A DNA stretch of 64,000 bases from Chiloscyllium plagiosum (taxonomy: Eukaryota), in the NCBI RefSeq assembly GCF_004010195.1, contig NC_057751.1, positions 13,602,267 to 13,666,266 of the forward strand. Reading direction: 5' to 3'. Below the pieces are notes generated by a model. It was given only the letters and a program-made list of their open reading frames with translations, did not search any database and had not been told where the DNA came from. This document shows, piece after piece, positions 35,701-47,700 of this stretch (position 1 is its first letter; the number at the start of each line of letters is the position of its first letter). The position numbers and the translations under genes are program-made.

Positions 35701-38700
35701 ACATAACCAGGAGATGAAAATCACCTCAGTTCAGTCCTCAGCTGGCTGGCCTCACAGCCAGTGTACTGTGAGGAGGAAGAGTGTTCCCTTGGCTAGGGAG
35801 ATGTTTGCTTTCTGTGACAGAAAAATATAAACAGGAGATTAGAAGCTCCTCAGTTCAGGTACTGGCTGGGCCACAGCCAGAATACTGTGCACAAGTAAAT
35901 AATGGGTGACTTGGTGACAGGATACTGGCCTCTGTGCAGTTATTTCAATTTCCTTTTATCTCCTTGACAGTTTTGATCTCTTTACACGAGAAGGGATAGA
36001 CTTGCATTCACAAAAAAACTTCACGAGGCTGATTCTTAAAATGAAGGGGCTATCTTGCAAGAACAACTTGAGAGAGTTGGGTCTGTACCCGTTATAGTAT
36101 AGAACATATTCAAGGTTCTGAGGGGACTCGGCAAGGTAGATGTTGACAGGATGTTTCCCTCATTTGGAATCTGAAGTAGAGGGGGAGAGTTTATAAATAA
36201 GGGAGGGTTGGTACTGTGTGGAATTGTTTTCCCCAGAAAGCAGTGCAGGCTAGGACATTCAATACCCTCAAGACTGAATTGGAGAGTGTTTGAGTGACAA
36301 AGGAGTCCAGAGAGTCAGGACACAAACCATTCAAGGAAGCCAAGTTAAGGCCGCATCAGCTATGAGCACATTGAAAGGTGCAGCAGATTCGAGTCGGATA
36401 ATGGCATCACCTGCTCCTATTTCTTATGATTTTAGAAGGAGAGTTCAAAAATAGGGAAATTATGCTAAACTGACTAAATACACAACATCTGATTGTTCCA
36501 TTTAATTTTGTGGAAAAGTTGCCCTGGAGGGAGCCCAGAAAACTTGTTCTCCTTGGAGCACTGTATACCAAGAGGTGATTTGACACAGAGGTACAAAATC
36601 ACAAATGCAGGAAATAGTGATAGTTCTAGTGACAGAACAGAGAGAAGACACAATGAAATGTCAGTGGCACCAAGGGTATCACAGCAAATTGATCTGGAAT
36701 GCATTCTCTAAAAGTGTGGCATTTGCAGATTCAATAATAATTTTTGAAAGAGGATTGGCTAAATATTGCAAAGGAAAATTTTCCAGGGAAAGAAGGAAAC
36801 TGCAGCAGAGTGGTACTCACTGGACAATTCTAGTCTGACGTATCATTCAATGATTTAACTTTTACAGAATTCTGGGCATTAAGCTGCATTTTTGCAGACT
36901 CAGTTGTTGAATTGTGCGTTCTTGAGAAGCAAAGCAGAAAAAGAATAGCAAAATGGCAGGAAGAACCAATAAGTTAAGGTTCAGGGAACAAAAAAATCAT
37001 CCCATTTTGATCAGTGGCAAACAAGTAGGAGGCTGGGAGAACACAGCAAGCCAGGCAGCGTCAGGAGGTGCAGAAGTCAACGTTTTGGGTGTAAACCTTC
37101 TTCAGGACTGGGAGTGAGTGTAGGAGGAGCTGCAGATAAAGGAGGTGACGCAGGCAGGGTGGTGAAAGCAGGTAAAGGGTATGACCTGGTTGGTCAATGG
37201 GAGGAATGAATCCGGTAGGTGGCCAAGAGGAGTGGAAGGAAGAAGGAGGGGTTGAGAAGAGAGTCGGGGGAAGGCAAGGGAGGTTACTTGAAATTGAAGA
37301 ACTCAATGTTGAGTTCATTTTCATCAGCAGTCATTAGAATTTGTAATTTGCCATGAAATTAAACACAAAAGAACAGAAGAATTAGAATCAAAACCACTTA
37401 CTCTGTGCAGCGTTTCACAAGCCAGTTTTCATGTTGTGAATGGAGCTGTTTCAGGTACTCCAGCTGAATTTCCTTTTCTTCATCTCTACCCCTTCGGTGT
37501 AATCTTTCCAAACACTTCTATGGAAAAGAAATCTTTCAAAATCTTTCAGAGACAGAAAACAGTTCAAATAATGCATGTAACCCCATATTTCTAATTCCCA
37601 GTTAAATGTACCAATTTTCTTTGGTCAAAATTCATGTCACTTTGGGGAACAAGACTTAACACTATCATATGGGAAAAGTCTCTCATTGTAAACGTAGGTA
37701 AGTGTGATCAGAAACTTTTCCTCCTCCTGTTGAGCAAACTTCGCAGCGTTGAGTCATAAGCTTCATTTTTATTTGTGATTTTCACCAATTAAACAGGTAT
37801 CTTTGAAAATATCCCACTGCAGTCTCATTTTCAATGTATTGCTTACTTTAGTATCATTCATAAATGCAACAACTGTGCAGGTGATTTCAGAGTCCAGCCC
37901 ATTTATGTAAATAAGACGTGAGAGATAAGTTCACCATGCACTGATCCCATTAAAAACACCACTCAACAGTTTCTTCAAATGCAAGAAAACACTTCCAACA
38001 TTGCTTCCTTTTTAGTCAATATTTATATTTTATTCTTATGACTCCAGGTTGTTGACATTTTCTTTACATTTACCCACCTAAACTCTTGCATAGTTTTAAA
38101 GACCTCCTGGTAACTTCTCAGCCTTTTATTTTCCACAGAAAAGAGCTCCAGGCTTTTCAGTCTTTCCAGATAGATATCACCTTTTACGTCTGGTAGCAAT
38201 TTTGCCCATCTTGTTTGATCTTCTGTTCTCTCACTCCATCTCTACTGAAACATGGAGTCCAGACAAGTGCACAGTACTCTTAATGTTTCTCATTTACACC
38301 CTGTACAAAGATTGTGACAACAGATTCACGTTTGTCTGGTGAACAAAGTTTGTGACCTACATGTAAATGGCGATGTGGGAGTATTATATAGTGGCAATTG
38401 TGGAAAGGACTAGGTACCTAATATTAAAGTTCACAAAAAGTTCACAAAAGATAGGTCGCCCAGTTGTAGGAAGGATATTATTAAGCTGGAGAGGGTCAGA
38501 AGAGATTTACCAGGATGGATACAGAAAGTTTGAGTTATAAAGGAAACCTGCAAAGCTGGGACTTGTTTCACTCGAGCACAGGAGGTTGACAGGTGACCTT
38601 ATAGAAGTTTGTAAAATCATACCAGGTAAATGTAGGGTTAACAGTAGGTCTTTTCCCTAGGATCGGGGATTTCAAGACCGGCACCACATTTTTAAAGTGA

Positions 38701-41700
38701 AAGGAGAGAGATTGAAAAAGGGGCAAATTTTTTCCAGAGGGTGGTTCACATGTGGAATGAACTTCCTGAGGAAGTGGTGGATGTAGGCACAATTACAGTG
38801 TTTAAAAGATATTTGGAGAGGTACACAAATAGGAAAGTCTTGGAGGGATGTGGGCCAGGAAAAGGCAGATGGGACTAGTTTAGCTTGGGATTATGTTCAG
38901 CATGGGTGGTACAGAAAGCAACGATCGAGTCAATCCTTAGAAGAGTATAAAGGCAGTAGGAGTATACTGAAGAGGGAAATCAGGAGGGCAAAAAGGGGAC
39001 ACGAGGTTGCTTTAGCAAATAGGGTTAAGGAAAATCCAAAAGGATTTTATAAATAGACTACGAACAAAACTGCACTTGGAGTATTGCGTGCAGGTCTGGT
39101 CACATTATAGGAAGGATATGGAAGATTTGGAAAGGGTTCAGCGCCAGAGACCCGGGTTCAATTCCCGCCTCAGGCGACTGACTGTGTGGAGTTTGCACGT
39201 TCTCCCCGTGTCTGCGTGGGTTTCCTCCGGGTGCTCCGGTTTCCTCCCACATCACAAAGATGTGCAGGGTCAGGTGAATTGGCCATACTAAATTGCCCGT
39301 AGTGCTAGGTAAGGGGTAAATGTAGGGGTATGGGTGGGTTTCGCTTCGGCGGGTCGGTGTGGACTTGTTGGGCCGAAGGGCCTGTTTCCACACTGTAATC
39401 TAATCTAATCTAATCTAATCTAATTTACGAGGATGTTGCCTGGTATGGAGGGAAGATCTTACGAGGACAGACTAAGGGATTTGAGGCTGTTTTTATGAGA
39501 GAAATTTAAAAGGGACCTAAGGGGAAATGTTTTCATACAGAGGGTGGTGCGTGTATGGAATAAGCTGCCAGAGGAAGTGGTGGAGGCTGGTACAATTGCA
39601 GCATTTAAAAGGCATCTGAATGGGTATATGAATAGGAAGGGTTTAGAGGGAAATGGGCCAAGTGCTGGTGAATGGGACTAGATTAGGTTGGGATATCTGG
39701 TTAGCATGGACGGGTCTGTTTCCATGCAGTCCAACTCTATGACTCTATAAGGGACAAAAAATGTCAAGGTGAAATACATGATCAGGAAAGTTGTCCTGGT
39801 GTTGAAAACAGATGTTTGTGAGGGAATGTATTGAAACTAGGAGCAGGAGTAGACCATTCAGTGATTTGAACTTGCTTCACAATTTAATATGATCAAAACA
39901 GTATCCTGTTCTCATTTTCTTCCACTAGCCTTTGATTTAGCCGATGAATCTAATTCCTTCTTCAAAGCATTCAATGTTTTGACCTCATCCACTGTCCACT
40001 CTCAAAGTGTCCACTCTCCTCATCTCAGTCCTAAATGGCCTTCCCCATATGCTTAAACTGTGACCCTTGGTTCTGGATTCCATGGTCATCAGGAATATCA
40101 TTCTTGCATTTACTCTGTCTCGCCCCGTTCAAATTTTACAGGTTTCTGGGAGATCCGCCCTTACTCTTCTAAATCGCAATTAATATAATCCTAACCAATC
40201 TAGTCTTTCTTTATATGTCAGTCCTGCCATCCCAAGGATCAGTCTGGGAAACCTTTGCTGCACTCCCTCCACAGCAGGAACACCCTACCTCAGATAAGAC
40301 GACAAAAATTGCACCTATAACACCAGGTGTAGTCTCACCAAGGCCCTGTACAATTGCCCCAAGACCTCCCTGCTCCTGTACTTGAATCCTTTCACTATCA
40401 AGGTCAACATACCACTTGACCTTTTCAGCATCTGCTGCATCTGCATGCTTACTTTCAGTAACTGATGAAAAATGACACCCAGTGTTCGCTGCACCTTCCC
40501 CTTTTCAATTTATCACAATTTAGGTCATAATTGGCCTTCTTGTTCGTGCTTCTAAACTGGATAACCTCATATGTTTCCCTGTTACATTTCATCTAGCAAG
40601 CATTTCCCCACTTACTGAACTTGTCCAAATGACATTAAAGCATCTTTATATCTTCCTCATAGCTCACCCTTCTACCCAGCGTCATGTAGTCTATACACTT
40701 GGAAATATTACATCTAGTTCCCTCATCTAAATAATTATATTGTAAAGAGCAGAGTCCAAGCTTTGATCAGTCCAGTATCCCATTAGTCACTGCGTGCCAC
40801 TCAGGCAAAGATCTGTTATTCCTATTCTTTGATTTCTGCCTGCCAACCAGTTCTTTTTCTGGTTCTCTACACAACCCCCAGGCCCATGTATTATATATTT
40901 AGATACTAAATTGTTGTGGACCTTATTGGAAGTCCAAGTGAACCAAATCCACCTGTCCCACGCTCAATTCGACAAGAAATCCTCAAAAAATTCCAATTGA
41001 TTTGTCAACCAGTTTCCCTTACATAAATCTATGTTGGCTACGTTCAATCCTACCAGTGTTTTCCAAGTGGTCTGCTAGTATATCTTTCATACTAGATTCC
41101 AGCAATGGGGACATTAAAGGGTGTAAATTGGGGATATCAACAGTTATATAAAGGAGCTGAACTGAAATAGGAGGAGGCTAACAGGTCATCCGGGGCGACA
41201 GCGAAAAAAAGGGCATTATGGTGACTCATTAGGTAGCACTGCTGCCTCACAGCACCAGGGACCTGGATTTGATTCCAGCCTTGAATGACTGTCTTGTGTG
41301 GAATTTGCACATTCTTCCCATGTCTGCATGTGTTTCCCCCCGGTGCTCTGATTTCCTCCTACAGTCCAACTAAGTGGATTGGCCATGCTAAATTGTCCAT
41401 AGTGTCCCGGGATGTACAGGCTAAGTGGATTAGCCTTAGTAAATGCAGGGTTTTGGGGATACAGTAGAATTGGGTATGGGTGCGAGGGTTGGTCAAGACT
41501 CAAGAAGCAGAATGGCTTCTTTCTGCACTGTAGGCATTCTTTGAGTCTAAGGACCAATGCCATGCAAGCCAGTTAATGTTTCCATTTTCTCTCTACCTCC
41601 TCCTTTCAACAGTGGAGTTACATTGGTTATGCTCCAAATCCAGAGAAACTGTCCCAGTCATGACAAAATACCTGAAAGATGACCAGAAATAATTATTTCT

Positions 41701-44700
41701 GCAGCCACTTCCTTATGTTCACTCAATGTAGATTATCAGACCCTCAGGATTTATCAGCATTGGATCACTTCAAATTTCCCAATACAATTTCTCAACGAAT
41801 ATTATTCCCTTCATTTCCTCCCTCTCATGAAAACCTATGTTCCCCAACATATTTGGGGTGTTATTTGTATCTTCCATTGTGAAGACAGAACCAAAGCATT
41901 TATTTACTTTGTCTGCCAGCTCTTTGTTCCTCATTATAACTTTGCCTGTGTCTCACTAGAAGGGACTTACGTTCGAGACGCCACCCATGCTCTCCACCTC
42001 CTCCAAGACTTCCGTTTCCCCAGCCCCCAACGTCTCATCTTCACCATGGATATCCAATCCCTCTACACCTCTATCAGCCATTTCCAGGGCCTCCCAGCCC
42101 TCCATTTCTTCCCCTCCCGACGTTCCCAACAGTACCCTTCCACCGACACTCTCATTCGTTGGGCCAAACTGGTCCTCACTCTTAACAAGTTCTCCTTCGA
42201 ATCCTCCCACTTCCTCCAGACCAACGGGTAGCCATGGGCACCCGTATGGGCCCCAGCTATGCCTGTCTCTTTGTTGGCTACGTAGAACAGTCCATCTTGT
42301 GTAGTTACACCGGCACCACTCCCCACCTCTTCCTCCGCTACATTGATGACTGCATTGGCACCACCTCGTGCTCCCGCGAGGAGGTTGAGCAATTCATCAA
42401 CTTTAACAACACATTCCACCCTGACCTTAAATTTACCTGGACCATCTCTGATAGCTCCCTCCCCTTCCTGGACCTCTCCATCTCCATTAATGACGACCGA
42501 CTTGACACCGACATTTTTTACAAACCCACCGACTCCCACAGCTACCTGGATTACACCTCTTCCCACGTGGTTAAAGATGCCCTCCAACGCATCTCGTCCA
42601 CATCCCGCACCTCTGCCCTCAGATCCCATCCCTCCAATCATAACAAGGACAGAACCCCCTGGTGCTCACCTTCCACCCTACCAACCTTCACATAAACCAA
42701 ATCATCCGACGACATTTCCGCCACCTCCAAACGGACCCCACCACCAGGGATATATTTCCCTCCTCGCCCCTTTCCGCCTTCTGCAAAGACCGTTCCCTCT
42801 GTGACTACCTGGTCAGGTCCACGCCCCCCAACAACCCACCGTCCCATCCTGGCACCTCCCCTGCCACCGCAGGAATTGCAAAACCTGTGCCCACACCTCC
42901 TCCCTCACCTCCAACCAAGGCCCCAAAGGAGCCTTCCACATCCATCAAAGTTTTACCTGCACATGCATCAATATCATTTATTGTATCTGTTGCTCCCGAT
43001 GCGGTCTCCTCTACATTGGGGAGACTGGACACCTCCTAGCAAAGCACTTTAGGGAACATCTCCGGGACACCCGCACCAATCAACCACACCGCCCTGTGGC
43101 CCAACATTTCAACTCCCCCTCCCATTCAGCCGAGGACATGGAGGTCCTGGGCCTCCTTCACTGCCACTCCCTCACCACCTGACACCTGGAGGAAGAACGC
43201 CTCATCTTCCACCTCAGAACACTTCATACCTAGGGCATCAATGTGGACTTCACTAGTTTCCTCATTTCCCCTTCCCCCACATCACCCCAGTTCCAAATTT
43301 CCAGCTCAGCACTGTCCCCATGACTTGTCCGACCTATCTTCCTTTCCACCTATCCACTCCACCCTCCTCCCTGACCTATCACCTTCATCCCCACCCCCAC
43401 TCACCTATTGTACTCTATGCTACTTTCTCCCCACCCTCCTCTCATTTATCTCTCCACCCTTCAGCCACTCTGCCTCTATTCCTGATGAAGGGCTTTTGCC
43501 CGAAACGTCTATTTTCCTGCTCCTCAGATGCTGCCTGAACTGCTGTGCTTTTCCAGCACCATTCCAATCCAGTATAAAGGACTTATATTTGTTTTCACTT
43601 CCTTTTTCCTCTTCACATATCTATGGAAGCTTTTACAATCAGTGTTCATGCTCTCCCCAAACTTATTCTATTTTCTCCCTCTTAATTTATCTTTTTGTCC
43701 TCCTTTGCTGCAATCTAAATTGCACCCAATCCTCAGATCTGCTGCTTTTTGTAGTCAATTTGTATACACCTTCTTTGATCTAATACGAACCTAATTTCAC
43801 TTGTTGACCATGGTCAGACTACCTTTCCCCTTTTCCTTTTATGCCAGACAGGAATGAACAACTGTTCCAGGTCATCCAAATGCTCTTTTTATTTTCTACC
43901 GTTGACTATCCACCATCATCTCTTTCAATAACATTCCCCAATTTATGAGGGCCAGCTCGTGCCTCATACCATGAAAACTTTCCTTTGTATTGGTCCAAGA
44001 CCCTGGTCTCGGAGTCATCTACATCACTCTCCATATTAATGAGGAATTCTGTCATATTATAGTCACTCTTCCCCAAGAGTCCTCACACAGCTAGAATGTC
44101 AATTAGTCCTTTCCCATTGCACAATGCCCAGTCTAGGATGGCCTGTTCTCTAATTCATTCCTGAATGCACTGATCCAGAAAACATTCCCTGTACACACTC
44201 TGGGAATTGCTCCTCAAATGGTATTGTTACGGAATTTAATTTTGTCCATTTATATGCAGATTAACGTCACCCATAATTGCAGCTGTACCTTTATGTCTTG
44301 CATTTCTAATTCCCTGTGTTTGCCTTCCCAGTATTAGCATGATAGAGTGGAACTCTGCATACAGTCACCACCACTCGTTTTCTTGTTCCTTTCACTTAAA
44401 GATTTAATTTGGTTGCATTTGCCCGCATCAAATTTCCTTCACAGAAGTGTGGGAAGTGCCAAATAGGTCACATTGTAAGCTTAAACATACCCTCTCAGAT
44501 TTCACAATACCATTTGATTAATTATGCACGTTAAAACATCAAAATCAAAAATGATTAGTCAGTGTTGTTCGACTTCAGCACGTAACTTACTTCAGGAGAT
44601 GCCTGAAGGTAGATAATTCCTTCCAAAGCCACTCGACTCCCAAATTGGTTGAGAAGGTACGTGTGCCAGTCCTGGTAGACGGTCCATTCAATCTCATTCA

Positions 44701-47700
44701 ACCAACCAATTTCATATAGATTGGATGCAAATACATATCTGCATAGAGAACCATAAACATGACTCAATTCAGGTTTCTTAATCCTTAAAACAACCAGAGA
44801 AATGTATAGTTCGACTCTGGAACTTCTGCAAGCATCTTGCAAATTTCCAGTCAGGTGGTTATTCCAGCAGATCCGAGCTGTCGATGAAATAATTAATTTT
44901 AAGTTGGAAAGTCAATTGAAGCCTTGAAGGGATTCTCTATTGTTCAGTGTCTTGATTCATAAAGCAGCTGAGTAATACAGCAGGTCAAGGGTCAAATTCA
45001 ATCCCCTCTGTACAATAGTTATTTTATGCTATGGCAGCAGTAAGGTTACTCAAAACAACATCAATTACACCATGGCTCAGGGGAGGACAGGAAAAAAGTC
45101 AACTACAATTCTATTTCCTCTTCAATATACAATAGAAAATGCAGATACTGGATGCTGAAGGAGGGTGGTGGGGGGTCAGTTTTGGCTTCCTTGATTAAAC
45201 ATTGTTCCAAATAAGTGTTGAGCCTCAGAGATTACAAAAAGTGAGTTTGGTTCTGTTGGACAATTCTATAATGGAGCCATGTTTCATTCAAGAAGTTAAA
45301 GAAAGAGAAAAGACAGCTCGGGAAACAGCCCTTAAACTTCACAGTAATCTTACTTATCAGGAGCTATGTACAACTCGTTGCTCATGGTGATGTTCAGAAA
45401 AGTATCAATATTAAGAGTATGCTGTTGGCAGTGGCTGCAAGGTTCTAATTTTGACAGTCCAGAGGAAGCAAGTAGAGGTTGGCTCTGTTTTTCACAGAGG
45501 ACAACTCGTTACAATGCTTGCACGTATCCATAAGACCATAAGACACAGGAGTGGAAGTAAGGCCAGTTGGCCCAATGCATCCACTCCGCCAATCAATCAT
45601 GGCTGATGAGCATTTCAACGCCACTTACCCGCACACTCCCCATAGCCCTTAATTCCTTGCAAGATCAAGAATTTATCAATCTCTGCCTTGAAGACAAATA
45701 ATGTCCCGGCCTCCACTGCACTCCGTGACAATGAATTCCACAGACCCACCACTCTCTTGCTGAATGTCTCCTCTTTTCCATTCTAAACTGACTCCCTCTA
45801 ATTCTAAGGCTGTGCCCACAGGTCCTAGTATCCCCGCCTAATGGAAACAAACTCCCAGCATCCATCCTTTCTAAGCCACACTTTATTTTGTAAGTCTCTA
45901 TTAGATCTCCCCTCAACCTTCTAAACTCTAATGAACACAATCCCAGGATCCTCAGCCGTTCATTACCATTCCAGGGATCATCCGTGTGAATCTCTGCTGG
46001 ACACGCTCCAGTGCCAGTATATCCTTCCTGAGGTGTGGGGACCAGAATTGGTTGCAGCATTCTAAATGGGGCCTAACTAGAGCTTTATAAAGTCTCAGTA
46101 GCACATCGCTGGTTTTACATTCGAACCTTCTTGAGGTAAGTGACAACATTACATTTGCTTTCTTAACCACAGACTCAATCTGTAAGTCAACCTTTAGAGA
46201 ATCCTGGACTAGCACTCCTAGGTACCTTTGTACTTTGGCTTCATGAATTTTCTCACTGTTTAGAAAATAATCCATGCCTGCATTCTTACTTCCAAAGTGC
46301 AAGACCTTGCATTTGCTCTCATTGAATTTCATCAGCCATGTCTTGGATCACTCTCCTAAACTAGGCAGAAATGGGTACTGTAGATGCTGGAGATTACAGT
46401 CAAGATTACAGTGGTGCTGGAAAAGCACAGCCGGCCAGACAGCATCCAAGGAACAGGAAAATCGACGTTTTGGGCAAAACGTCAATTGTTCTGCTCCTCA
46501 GATGCTGCCTGACCTGCTGCGCTTTTCCAGCACTTTAATCTTCACTCTCCTAGGCTGTCTAAGTCTTTCCGCAGCCTCCCCACCTCCTCAGAACCACCTA
46601 CCTATCCGTCTAATTTCGTATCATCGCCAAACTTCACTAGAATGGCCCCAGTCCCTTCATCCAGATCATTAATATATAAAGTGAACAGCTGCAGCCCCAA
46701 CACTGAACCTTGTGGGACACCACTTGTCACATTCCGAAAAAGAACCTTGTATCCCAACTCTCTGCCTTCTGTCAGACAGCCAATTCTCAATCCATGCCAA
46801 TAGCACACTTCGAACACCACGGGCCCTCACCTTACTCAGCAGCCTCCCATGAGGCACCTTATCAAAGGCCTTTTGGAAATCTAGGTAGATAACATCCACT
46901 GGGTTTTCCTGGTTTAACCTACTTGTTATCTCTTCAAAGAATTCTAACAGGTTTGTCAGGCACGACCTCCCCTTACTAAATCCATGCTGACTTGTTCTAA
47001 TCCGACCCTGCACTTCCAAGAATTTAGAAATCTCATTCTTAACGATAGAGTCTAGAATTTTACCTACAACTGAGGTTAGGCTAATTGGCCTATAATTTTC
47101 CATCTTTTGTCTTGATCCTTTCTTGAATAAGGGGGTTACAATAACCATTTTCCAATCATCTGGGACTTTCCCTGAGTCCAGTGATTTTTGAAAGATCACA
47201 ATCAACGCCTCTGCTATTTCCTCAGCCACCTCCCTCAGAACTTGAGGATGTAGCCCATCGGGGCCAGGAGATTTATCAGTTTTTAGACCTTTTAGCTTTT
47301 CTAGCACTTTCTCTTTTGTAATGGCGACCATACTCAACTCTGGTCCTTGACTCTCCTTAAATGTTGGCATATTTCTCACGTCTTCCATGGTGAAGACTGA
47401 CACAAAGTATTCATTAAGTTATTCAGCTATTTCCTTATCTCCCATCACAAGCCTTCCAGCATCAATTTGGAGCAGCCTAATTTCTACTTTTGCCTCTCAT
47501 TTGTTTCTTATGTGTTGAAAGAAACTTTCACTATCATTTCCCTGAAGATCAAGTACCCAGTATTGCAGAGGTCTGAGCAGTTTAAGTGCTCTCAGTGTAT
47601 CCCATTTAGTATGGTACTGTTGTGCTAGATAACATGACGGATGGTACTGTTAACGTGAATGCGGGATTTCATCTCTACAAGGATGGTGCTGTTATTTTGA

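Larger units (their letters stand above)
39835..44330 (-). mobile_element. Old CR1 LINE remnant (3' end to APE region) interrupted by a SINE and a Penelope-like element
   Basis: Continuous decayed CR1 ORF2 similarity at 39835-41100, 41550-41960 and 43575-44330. Confidence 0.6.

Noticed and set aside
44950..45260. Possible LF-SINE-like remnant in intron 3
   Set aside because: Similarity from memory is too weak to call without an HMM search.
46669..47403. 244-aa ORF, the longest in the window, sense to the kinase
   Set aside because: CR1 RT fragment, frameshifted and interrupted by a PLE insert; no need for it in the spliced kinase CDS.
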